From the IMG/VR virus record IMGVR_UViG_3300022562_001204, positions 142,551-206,550 of that record: DNA of 64,000 bases. One strand, written 5' to 3'. Below the pieces are notes generated by a model, which saw only the letters and a list, made by a program, of their open reading frames with translations, did no database searches and was not told where the DNA came from. This document shows, one piece after another, positions 1 through 10,000 of the stretch (the stretch's first letter is position 1; the number at the start of each line of letters is the position of its first letter). A program made the position numbers and the translations under genes. The DNA is from a virus (Duplodnaviria > Heunggongvirae > Uroviricota > Caudoviricetes).

Positions 1-2511
1 AGCGATGGAGAACTGGACCACCCCAGAGAAGGGGGCTTCTAGGTCAACGATGTTACTGATCGCCGCTTCACCGTCTTCCAAGGTCGGTAGGATGTAATAC
101 CGGTAGGTTTGGTAAGGCTCGAGGTTGTTCTCGATGTAGGTTAGATCTGTCGTGGTCTCAATGAGTGTCATGACCGTGCAGCCACCACCGATACACCGAT
201 AAACCCCATAGTTGACAGCCGTCTCCAGGGAAGTCCATGTCAAGGTGATGGACCCAGCATCGGTGGAGATGCTCAGCTCAACCTTGGGGCGGGTATCGCC
301 TTCCAGCATAAGGTCGTAGGCTTTCTTGAAGTCAGACATCTTGGGCTGGGTCTGGAAATGAAACATTCTGGACATACTGCCGGCCCAGAAAGACCTAGTG
401 CTGTCTAGATTATTGTACCCTCTCGCCAGTTCACCGTAAGACGGCGTAGCGGTTATCGGAGTCGAAGATGCCCCGAACCATCTTGACTGAGCGACACCAT
501 TACAGGCGCTGAAGCCATAGAGGTTGACTGGGTCAATAAAGCCAGCCACGAATGTCCACACCTGGGAATAAGTGGTGCTGGCTGGGTTCATCGATAGTGC
601 TGAACCACCAACCTGGGTACCGGAGGAGTTCCAGCTATCGATCAGGTACTGGGTGCCGGCGTTAGCAATACGAACACCCATGTGGGGGTATTCCTGAGCA
701 TCAGCGACTCTCATCTGCCAGATATAGTCATATCCATCAGTTCCAGAACACCGTAGGAGGCCGCCATAACCAAATGTCCGAGTCGTTGACAGATCAGTAC
801 CTAGGGTCGTTGCGTAGTCCGAGGAGCCATTAAAGGTGAGGTAACTCTCGCTCGAAAGCGCACCAGGGAGGTCTCCGGACGTACTCCACGTCCCACCAGT
901 CAAGGCACCCACAGAGCCGCTGATGCTGTCAGCAATCAAAGTACCCGAACCTTCATTCAGAAGGTAGTAGACATCAGAGATACTCGTGACGACCCCGTCC
1001 ATCGACGTATAGTCGGAGTATGGCTCGCTATAGAAGTCACTGAGGTAGCGTTTCCAGTTGTTGTTATACAGGTACTGGATCTCATCGTTGGTCAGGCTAT
1101 CGTGGGCCCACCAGAGGTCAGAGATCCAGGCTCCGGTCGTTGGTGTACCACCGTAGGTTTCGTTGCCCAGTCCAAAGAGAGTGACCGTACGGTTTCTTCC
1201 AGTCGTCAGGACGGTACTGGCCTCCAAGACGCCATCGATGTAAAGCCCGACGGTGTTTGTGGTGTAGTCGTAGGTGCCGTATACATGGTGGTGATACCCG
1301 GCTACGAACGTACTCGTACTGGTGATCGTCCACCAGCCTGTATTACTGGTACCGACCGGCCTGCCAAAGAACACGATCTTACCGGCCGAATAGTTGAACC
1401 AAACCGACTCATGGTAACCAGAACTACCCCCGACGAACACAGAGAATGACTGTGTCAGGTTACTCAACGCTACCTTCATACCAAACGCCCAGCCCATCGA
1501 GGTATGGCAGAGATTAGACCCCGTGGCACCCAATGTCGAACTGGTATCCAGCTGTTCAGTCGTTGGACTGAGACAGTAGTGGTAATCCGACATCTCGGTG
1601 TACGTAGCCGTACCTGTGTAGCTGTTACCTGCCAGGCCCGTGTCGGTCAGGTTTTGGTCCAACATCCACCAGTTAGAGATCTTGGAACGTAGGGATGCTC
1701 GAACACTTGCCGTCGTATAGATACGAGCGGGTGTGGTAATGGACGCCTGGTTACTGGCGACCATGGTCGCCTGGGTGGAGATGGGAAGGACATAGTACGT
1801 ATACGTGGTCACCTCATCCAGTCCCTGGTGCCAGTACGTGTTGTCTTCGGTCTGATCCAGGTAGGTGAAGGTGGTCGCGTCGGTGCTGACGTAGATCTCG
1901 TAGTACTCGGCCGCACCACGTGTTGACCATGTCAGCACGGACCCCGCTGGGCCATCAGGTGCCTGGACAACGGCCAGGTCTGTAATGGGTGTGCTGTAGC
2001 TACAGTAGTAGAGACTCACGCCATAACCCAGCGTCGTGTCTCCGTACTCGACACCGCAGTCAAGCCCGATCATGCCAGACCCGTCAACGGAGGCAAGGTC
2101 GTCTTTCAGTGTCTGTAGTGAGTCAGAGATGGCGGTGAGTGCAGTCTGGAGACCGCTGATATCCTCGTACCCGACCTCAACGTTACCGTCGGTATCGGGG
2201 AGTTCTCCACAGACGCTCAGAACAGAGGTGCTATCGGTCAGTGGGAGTGTCCCGACCAACGTCCATGTCCCGTCAGTACCCTTCGAGTAGATCGATGAGG
2301 TGTCCAGGTCGATGTATCCATCGTCAACGCGACCCAAGTTGGTCGCGGGCGTTCCGCTACCCACCCACCAGTCACTGCCATCTAAAGTGGACAGTAGAAC
2401 CACCAGAATTCGTTTGTTTTGAGACTGTGTGTCGGTCTCGGATAGGTCTACGACGGGCAGGTAGTCCGTCAGATCCTTGGTATCCAGGGTTGGTAATTCT
2501 GAAATCTTCAT
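1..2511 (-). CDS. Tail fibre/adhesin-like virion protein, paralog of 7087..11673; truncated by the window edge (absent from the ORF track)
   Basis: Hand translation from ATG 2511 gives MKISELPTLDTKDLTDYLPVVDLS...; the same frame is open in the segments I translated and at base 1. Shares the MKIS N-terminal module, has FN3-like repeats (YRCIGGGCTVMT) and LamG-like segments (HHHVYGTYD), and ends in the window at a Calx-beta-like VVQFS. Confidence 0.8.
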   Translation of the reverse strand, partial: MKISELPTLDTKDLTDYLPVVDLSETDTQSQNKRILVVLLSTLDGSDWWVGSGTPATNLGRVDDGYIDLDTSSIYSKGTDGTWTLVGTLPLTDSTSVLSVCGELPDTDGNVEVGYEDISGLQTALTAISDSLQTLKDDLASVDGSGMIGLDCGVEYGDTTLGYGVSLYYCSYSTPITDLAVVQAPDGPAGSVLTWSTRGAAEYYEIYVSTDATTFTYLDQTEDNTYWHQGLDEVTTYTYYVLPISTQATMVASNQASITTPARIYTTASVRASLRSKISNWWMLDQNLTDTGLAGNSYTGTATYTEMSDYHYCLSPTTEQLDTSSTLGATGSNLCHTSMGWAFGMKVALSNLTQSFSVFVGGSSGYHESVWFNYSAGKIVFFGRPVGTSNTGWWTITSTSTFVAGYHHHVYGTYDYTTNTVGLYIDGVLEASTVLTTGRNRTVTLFGLGNETYGGTPTTGAWISDLWWAHDSLTNDEIQYLYNNNWKRYLSDFYSEPYSDYTSMDGVVTSISDVYYLLNEGSGTLIADSISGSVGALTGGTWSTSGDLPGALSSESYLTFNGSSDYATTLGTDLSTTRTFGYGGLLRCSGTDGYDYIWQMRVADAQEYPHMGVRIANAGTQYLIDSWNSSGTQVGGSALSMNPASTTYSQVWTFVAGFIDPVNLYGFSACNGVAQSRWFGASSTPITATPSYGELARGYNNLDSTRSFWAGSMSRMFHFQTQPKMSDFKKAYDLMLEGDTRPKVELSISTDAGSITLTWTSLETAVNYGVYRCIGGGCTVMTLIETTTDLTYIENNLEPYQTYRYYILPTLEDGEAAISNIVDLEAPFSGVVQFSIA

Positions 2512-2560
2512 CAGGTCAAAACCTCGAGAGACCCTCGGTTATAGTCATTTCATACAGAAT

Positions 2561-2595
2561 GGACAGGAGAGAGCCAGAAAGGCTCTCTCCTGTCC
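2561..2595. terminator. Intergenic hairpin
   Basis: GGACAGGAGAGAGCC-agaaa-GGCTCTCTCCTGTCC, 15-bp stem. Confidence 0.7.
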
Positions 2596-2605
2596 TAGTG
2601 TTGCC

Positions 2606-5600
2606 TTATGAGATCGTAACAGGATCTCCGAAGCTGATGCGGAGCTTGCTGTCGCTGATTGCGAAACCCGCTCTCTGGATGATGTACCCCGTAGCAGTAG
2701 CCGGGGAGTACGTCACAGTCCCGGACGTACCCAAGTGGTACTGACGCCCAGGCACCAAGCCTGTAAAGGCATCGACCTCTCCTTCACAATAGACGTTGAT
2801 GGAGGAGCCTGATACCACGGAAGCCAGGATGGCACCATTGGCATACCGGTCTGGGTCGGTACAGCTGGCTTGACGGATTCTCATGGCTGAGCCATTCGAA
2901 TAGATGTTCACCAGACCCGCCACACAGGCTTCCGAAGCAGTTGCCAGGACCGGAAGGGTCTTGCTGTACGAGGTGGTCAGTGACTTCTTGTAGATTCGAA
3001 TGAACGAACCGATGCCGTAACCATTGGCTGTGGTAGTCGTCAGGGTGTACGTGGTCAGGTTGGCTGTACTGCTCCAGCTTCCCGTGAAGAAATGGAGACC
3101 AATGGCGCTAGGGATGTCGCGATTCGACTGATAGTGGAATCTGACCGTACCGTCGGGCGCTTTGAAGATCTTCCCATGAACTACGCAGACAGCATTCGCG
3201 GTATTCAAACCAAACATGGACCGAGAAGCGGAGCTACTGAATGTCGTCGAAGTCCCACTGAAGTAAGCCTTCTGACTATAGTAGTTCGCATCCGTGGTAT
3301 CGGTGTTGTGGGTCAGGTTTGTGACCAGCGTGGACCCAGAGGAACCGTTGCCCAGAATACCGATCTCAATATCATAGACCAGGTCACTATCGAGGTCCAG
3401 ACCCGAGATCGACATCGTGTTCGATACCGAGGAGAGTAGGACAGAGCCTACCAGGTCATAGCGGCCAGACGGCTGAGCACCCTGATAAGCGGAGACCAAC
3501 GGTCCTGTGACCGAGAAGCACTTGGTCGACGAGGCCGCCAAGGTCAGGTCTTCACTCAGGTAGATAGCGGGTTCGACGTAGTCACCCGCGTAAAGGTAGA
3601 GGGTCGTACTCGCTGTGGACGTCAGCGAACTGTCTGCCGTACCACTATCATCTACGATTTCCCCATTCACCATGAGTCCGGCAGCACCTGAGACAGTTGT
3701 GGTGGTGTACCGAGTATAGTTGACGATGTAGGTCCCTTCACGTTTGATGTTGACACGAAGGTACGTGCTGTCCCAGAGACTCTTAGGATCCAGCAATACA
3801 CCATCCAGGGGGACCTTGGTCCAGGCGCTGGTAGCTGTCATGGGATAGCCCGTCGCTCGGTAGGCCTTCACGGCCGTAGAAGGTCCACCCACAGACTCTA
3901 ATGACTCCAGCATCGCTGGGATGTTATCCACCTCAATGGTGGACTCCGTGTTGGAGTACTCGGTAAAGTCCCAGGTTACTGCATCGGACGTACCGAAGTA
4001 GTCCCCGGAAGAGGTTGCGATGACGTAGGAAGTCCCTGCACTACCACCGAAGCGGACCATCCAACTGGTCTCGTCCAGGGTATCGACCGTCCAGTCATAT
4101 GCCAGGGTAAACGGCGTGGTGCCGTCGCCCCAGGTCGTTGCGACAGCATCGCTGCTTCCGACGCGGAATAACGCTACCGTAACCGCGGCACTGGTGTTGT
4201 TGGTCCAGCCGACGACTCGGATAGAGACTGTGTTTCCAAGGACCTTAGCAGAATAGACGTGAGTTTCGAACTCCTCACCATCGGTGATCTGCGGAACCTC
4301 AGTGCCGGAGGCGATGGTCAGAGTCGTACTGGACCCTGTGGTGTCGCGATACGTCACATGACGCACCACGACGCCTCCTACCCCGGTATTCTCGTAGGTC
4401 ACTGGTTCTACGGGGTCTACCCAGGTCGGAGCTCCGCTGGAGATGGAGAGTTGCTGATCCTCCGCACCGATCGGCAGTCGCGTGAGTTCACCACTCAAGG
4501 CGTAGAAGAGGTCGTAGTCTTCTGACCCTGATGGTAGCGTTATGCCACCCGAAGGATCGGCCCAGGCAGGGGTTCCAGACACCATGGTCAGTGTCTGACC
4601 ATCGGTTCCAACAGGAATTCGAGCCAGGTCGGAGCTGTCGGTGTCGTAATAGAACAAATCTCCTTCTGTAACCCCCGTGGGGAAACTGACATCCCCGGTC
4701 CCGGAGGCCGCATCGGTCCATACTGGGATTCCGCTGGCCAGTGACAGCACCTGCCCATCGGTACCCTTGGCTAGACGTGCCAGTACCCCACTGGAAATGT
4801 AGAGAATATCCCCATCCTGGATACCCGAGGGAAGAGCTGCTGCACCGACGGTTGAAGCAGTGACCGTCCCGTAGTAGGGCGCTGTCCCGTTGGTCATCAG
4901 GAACTGACCGTTGGTGCCAATGGGGAGCTGTACGATGGTCGAACCGTCGTAATAGAAGATCGCCCCCGCGGTCAATGACGCCGGTGCTGGTAGAGCGCCG
5001 AGACTCTCGGCAGTTACGTCAACATAACTGGGGAGCCCATCTACAATGCTCAGAAACTGACCGTCGCTACCGACGTTCAGTGCCGATAGAGCGGCGTTAT
5101 TCGCATAGAGCAGAGCGCCATCACCGGCATCTGACGGGAGTTCGAGCTGTTCTGTCGAAGCAAAGCGATAGACCTTGACCCAACTACCAACATCTACAGC
5201 CCCGGTGGTATCGCTACTGATACGGAGTGAGATGACTGAATCTGTACCGAGTCGAACAATACCCCGCACTGAAACGGCAGCATTTGTATTGTACTGACGA
5301 TGCATCGTCAGTACAGCTCTGGGTCGATTGTCAGCACCGACCGCCAAGCGACCTGAGCCTGAGAATGACTGTCCAGCATCCACCGTCTGAATGGTGGCCG
5401 TATTCTCTACGCCCGAAGTCTCCGAATCCGCCACCGTAACGTAATTGACCCGGTAATTGGTGTCTGTCGTATCTGCGTTGAGGAACCATTTAAAGATGGC
5501 CGAGGATGTACTGGCGTTCCTCAGCTCAAACTCAACGAAGTAACTCTGATCGGAGTCGAGGTCCATCCCCGTCACTTCCAGATAGTCCGCTGCGGTACTG

Positions 5601-7024
5601 GTGACTGTGGCCGACCCTACCAGGGAGTACCGAGGACCGGTATCTCCGGCATCCGGGGTCGTGTAGGCCGGGTATCCGTCTACGACACTCAGGCTCTGAC
5701 CATTGGTCCCAACCGGTAGGCGTGCTAGGGCGCCATCCTGCGCAAAGAACAGATCCCCGTCTACTGAACCATCGGGCAGACTGATTCCACCACCGCCGGT
5801 ACCGTTCTCCTCAATATCAGTAACCCGAGTGTCCAAGTCCGTGATGCTAGCTTCGGCCGCAGTCATCCGGGTACCCAGAGCGGTCTGACCAGTCTGGAGT
5901 GTGGTAATCTGGGTTGCCGTGGCTGCCGCACTGGTTTGAAGAGTGTCTATCTCCTCTTCAGCGGTAGTGAGACGTTCGAGAACTTCTGGGAACGTTGTGT
6001 TGGGTTCTGAGCCATCCGGCAGCATTTCCTCAAAGGACCACAGAACGCCATCGGTGTCCCCGAAGAACGTGCTAGTATCCGTTTGCAGAACGTAGGACAT
6101 GCCGTTATCTGAGGCATAGTTCAGCGTCCATGTCTGCTCGCTGAGTGTGTCGGCCGTCGTGACTGCCGTCAGTGAGAAGTAAAACGACTCAGCCGCCTGA
6201 CCTGTCTCAACAGCGACAGCATCTGTGGAGACCCCGTCGGTTAGCCAAACCGAGGGCACGCCATACGGCGCATATGCCCAACCTTTTACGGTAACCTTCA
6301 GCTTGTTGCTAATGGCTGAGGGTGTATAGGTCTGACTACTGAAGACATTACCATCTGAAGCGGTCGGTGCGGTATCTGCGAGGGCGTAGAGCTCCATCCC
6401 TGACGCTGGAGTGACCTCCTTATAGTAGGCAGTCTTGACCGTGACACCCGTACCGATGTTCTGGACTGAGGTTTGATCCAGGGGACCCAGCAGGATGAAG
6501 GGGTAGTTTGAGCCCAGCTGGAGGGTATACGACCCACTGTAGTAGACATACGGTTCGACGTAATCGCCGACTTCCAGCCGCTGAGCCGTCATCGAGAGCG
6601 AAGACAGGGCGCTGACGCCCTGGTTGCTACCGGTTGCGACCAATGACCCGTTTACAGCGATCATGGCGTCACTGACGAGCGAGGTCAACGAGCGACGCAG
6701 GTAAAACATCAGGTACACGCCGGCATTCTTAATGACAGCACGGCTGTTGGTGCTATCCCAGACACCTGTGTCGTCGTCGTCATAGGTGTCCATCGGGATC
6801 TTGACAGCACCCGTACCACTGACGTTGTAGACGTTTGATCGGTAGGCCTTGATGACCTTACAGGGACTCTCAGCCGAAGTAAAGGCATCGACCAGGTTCG
6901 TTAGGGTATCAACCTGATCCTGGACGTCCGTGAAGTTGGTGTTGACTTTGTCAAAAGCATCGCGTATCGCATCGCCAGTGCCGTCATTGGCAAGCGCGCC
7001 GATATTGATGGTATCAATGGCCAT
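2606..7024 (-). CDS. Long tail fibre/baseplate-attached protein (1472 aa) with a T4 gp9/gp10-like N-terminus, a coiled coil, six internal repeats and duplicated C1q-like domains
   Basis: N-terminal INIGALANDGTGDAIRDAFDKVNTNF resembles the gp9/gp10 motif; six LPxGxxDGDxFY...LARLPxGTxGQxL...GxPxW repeats; T/S/G-rich. Confidence 0.75.
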   Translation of the reverse strand: MAIDTINIGALANDGTGDAIRDAFDKVNTNFTDVQDQVDTLTNLVDAFTSAESPCKVIKAYRSNVYNVSGTGAVKIPMDTYDDDDTGVWDSTNSRAVIKNAGVYLMFYLRRSLTSLVSDAMIAVNGSLVATGSNQGVSALSSLSMTAQRLEVGDYVEPYVYYSGSYTLQLGSNYPFILLGPLDQTSVQNIGTGVTVKTAYYKEVTPASGMELYALADTAPTASDGNVFSSQTYTPSAISNKLKVTVKGWAYAPYGVPSVWLTDGVSTDAVAVETGQAAESFYFSLTAVTTADTLSEQTWTLNYASDNGMSYVLQTDTSTFFGDTDGVLWSFEEMLPDGSEPNTTFPEVLERLTTAEEEIDTLQTSAAATATQITTLQTGQTALGTRMTAAEASITDLDTRVTDIEENGTGGGGISLPDGSVDGDLFFAQDGALARLPVGTNGQSLSVVDGYPAYTTPDAGDTGPRYSLVGSATVTSTAADYLEVTGMDLDSDQSYFVEFELRNASTSSAIFKWFLNADTTDTNYRVNYVTVADSETSGVENTATIQTVDAGQSFSGSGRLAVGADNRPRAVLTMHRQYNTNAAVSVRGIVRLGTDSVISLRISSDTTGAVDVGSWVKVYRFASTEQLELPSDAGDGALLYANNAALSALNVGSDGQFLSIVDGLPSYVDVTAESLGALPAPASLTAGAIFYYDGSTIVQLPIGTNGQFLMTNGTAPYYGTVTASTVGAAALPSGIQDGDILYISSGVLARLAKGTDGQVLSLASGIPVWTDAASGTGDVSFPTGVTEGDLFYYDTDSSDLARIPVGTDGQTLTMVSGTPAWADPSGGITLPSGSEDYDLFYALSGELTRLPIGAEDQQLSISSGAPTWVDPVEPVTYENTGVGGVVVRHVTYRDTTGSSTTLTIASGTEVPQITDGEEFETHVYSAKVLGNTVSIRVVGWTNNTSAAVTVALFRVGSSDAVATTWGDGTTPFTLAYDWTVDTLDETSWMVRFGGSAGTSYVIATSSGDYFGTSDAVTWDFTEYSNTESTIEVDNIPAMLESLESVGGPSTAVKAYRATGYPMTATSAWTKVPLDGVLLDPKSLWDSTYLRVNIKREGTYIVNYTRYTTTTVSGAAGLMVNGEIVDDSGTADSSLTSTASTTLYLYAGDYVEPAIYLSEDLTLAASSTKCFSVTGPLVSAYQGAQPSGRYDLVGSVLLSSVSNTMSISGLDLDSDLVYDIEIGILGNGSSGSTLVTNLTHNTDTTDANYYSQKAYFSGTSTTFSSSASRSMFGLNTANAVCVVHGKIFKAPDGTVRFHYQSNRDIPSAIGLHFFTGSWSSTANLTTYTLTTTTANGYGIGSFIRIYKKSLTTSYSKTLPVLATASEACVAGLVNIYSNGSAMRIRQASCTDPDRYANGAILASVVSGSSINVYCEGEVDAFTGLVPGRQYHLGTSGTVTYSPATATGYIIQRAGFAISDSKLRISFGDPVTIS

Positions 7025-7053
7025 AAAAGAGATTCCAAGTCATGTCACTGGAT

Positions 7054-7080
7054 GCCGGGTAGGGGATAACCCTACCCGGC
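7054..7080. terminator. Intergenic hairpin
   Basis: GCCGGGTAGGG-gataa-CCCTACCCGGC. Confidence 0.65.
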
Positions 7081-7086
7081 TTGTTG

Positions 7087-10000
7087 TTATACGTTGCTTT
7101 CGTCTGCGGTGTGTTCCGTGGTATCCGCGGTCACGGTATCACTGTCTGCGGTGAGTGCATCGAGGTTGGTGAGGAGTGTCGTATCCACCCCACCCACGGC
7201 ACAGCGCCAGCCTGGGTTCAGCAGTCCTAACGTGAACCTGGAACCAGCAGCGGGGTCTGCGACCACCTCTACCGACACGTCCTGAGAAAGCTGGTCCTCC
7301 GAAAAGGTCAGTGTCTGGAGCATCTCGGTGTATTCTCCAACCAGGAGAGGGAGTGGACGGAAGAAGGCGTGGAACTCAGCAGTGTGTCGACACACCCCTT
7401 GGGTGTACCGCATCTGCGTCATCGACCCTTCGTAGTAACGTTCCGTTGAGTTATTGTAAAGGTACCCGATCTTCAACACGGTTCCTGAGACATTAGGCTG
7501 GGTCGCCATGGCCACGTAGTGGCTGAGCTGTCCATCCACAAAGAAGTACAGATTACCCGTGTCGTCTCTGGAGAACTCAATGTGATACCATTCTCCTGAC
7601 TGAAGCGGAATGCTCTGCACCACCCCTGTAGAAGTGTAATAGGCAGTCCCGTCGTCACCTTGGAGGATACCTCTGGCTGTCATGACCCCATCAGTGGTGA
7701 CAATCTGCATCACTGCTCTCTGAGCGTATAGGGTAGGTTGGGCAAAGCCAAAGACCCCGCCATTGGTCCCCACGGTAGGTTTGACCCAGGCGTCCAGTGT
7801 AAATGCCCCGGTACCTGGGGCTACCATACTGGCTGTACAGACCGAGTCCGCTGTACCATCCAGGTTGAGTTCGAAGCGGCTGGGACCTGTGTCGACGTAG
7901 AACTTCCTAAGCGTAGACCCTACCGTCCAACTGTTACCGAGATCGTCGATGACATAGGCGCTCTCGTCCATGGTCCGAATGAGGGACTTTACAGAGTCAA
8001 AGTACGGGTCACCCGGACGGGCATTGCCGGCAGGGGGTACGAAGTTCTCGTGGTAACGGCATGCCCCAATGGTAGCTCGGAACGCAAAGATGCTACCCTT
8101 GAAGTACTTGGAGATGGGTGACCTGGGATCAGCACCGACTGAGATGATCGATGCTGCCGGTATAACGCTGTCAGACACGTCTGACGAGTAGATCAATGTT
8201 CCATCCTTGTAGATCTGGATGTCCCGGGTGTTCTGACAGAATGCCAGATGTGAACGGACACCCACGGTCAGGGTCGGAGAACCCGTATATGTGGCGACCG
8301 TTGAGCTGTCGTGGATCAGCGTACCCGAACTGTTCCAGATTCGGACTGTCGGGCGATTCTTGACGATCAAGAGCTGAAACCCAGCGGGTGTGGTCGTACT
8401 GGTCGCCATGGCTGAGAACAAGCAGTACGTGCTGGCGCTGTTCAGTTCTGTCGGGGTGATGTCGATGTCGATCGAATACCGAGAGCTTGCTGAAAGGTTC
8501 CAGGCGGACGTGAAGGCTGTTGTCGCATAACCAGAACCCGTAAGCCGAAGCCCCGTCAGGATACCCCCTGGATTGATGGCGGTGGTTCCGACCAGTGTCC
8601 AGTCGATCCCCGTCTTGTCGGTGATCTCCGTCTGAGTCGTCGCAGAGGTCCACTCAAAGATGGAAGCCAGGCACTCGGAGTAGGGGTCTCCAGACCCCAC
8701 CAGGTAGCCCGTGGTTGAAGAGACGTCAATACTGCGGTCTGCTTCCACCTGGGTACGGACCACAGTAGCCGTAGTGGAGGTGCCGACCAGGGTATAGTCG
8801 GGTTCGTCGAACTCGAAGGTTGAGATCGAGGCCGGTGTACCGACCGGGTAGGGGGCAATCGGGGGTTGAAACACATCTGAATACCTGGCTTTACCCAGAC
8901 TATCGCGAAAGTTCTCAAAATACCCCACAGTGAGCGTTCCATCACCAGCGGACCCGATACGGAACCCTTCGCCATTGTCGAAGTTCTCTCCAGTCATCGT
9001 ACCCGTAAGGTACACCTGTCCTTCTATATAGAGCGTGAAGTTCAGTTCGTCCTGAACCAGTGCCATGTGGTACCAGGTGTCAGCAACGATCGCTGTGGTG
9101 CCTTCGACGTCCAGAATGACATCGCCAGAGTTTGCAGCGCCATAGACCGTCAGATGCAGTAAGCCTGTGTTAGTGACATAGAGTCTCCACCCGTCGTCGT
9201 CCTGGTTAGACTGATACGGCGCCCGGGTCCAGAGGGTCTGCTCAGCCCCTATGGTGGTCAGGTTAAAGTGCATCTCAATGGTGCGCTGGTCGGTGCTCCC
9301 CAAGGTCAGACCGCTGTCGGTCGGAAAGAAAATACCGGCAGCCCCGTTTGGAAGGTAGACACTACCGTTCCCAAAATACGTCTTGACACGACTGGTCGTC
9401 GCCGTTCCAATCAACGTCCAACTGTCGTTGACCTCGTCGAAGATGGTTGTACCCGAGGTATACCCGTCTGTGCGAAGGAGCGATCGAACGATTTCCCAGT
9501 AGGGGTCCTGCCAGGGAGCGTTGTCTTTAAAGAGATGGGAGGTCGGAAGATTGTCGTACAGCTGGTAGGAGTCGGCGGCATACCCGATCATACGCTGTCG
9601 GTCATGGCCCAGTAGCTCCAGGCCAGCACCCATGGATGCGGCCATCAGGTCGATCTGAGAGTAGGTACTGCTGCCCAGTCTAGCGAACTGGTAATCGATG
9701 ATATTCGTAGCCGGCCAGGTACTCGATACGGTCGTCGTGGAGACCGATAGCATGCCATTCAGCCAGAAGTTGGCGATTCCTGCTGCTGTATTGACTTCCG
9801 TCAGGACAATAATCCAGTCTGTCCCGACGTCTACCTGGGGTTGAAGCTCGGTGTATGCCCCATCACTGTCTGAGAATCGATAGTGTAAACCGATCAGGTC
9901 AGCGCTGCTAGTGACTTCGTAGTAGGTGACATACCGACCCGACGTAGTCGTGACTCGAGGCTGGATGACGCCGGTCTCTTTGACTGCGGTACCTAGGTTT

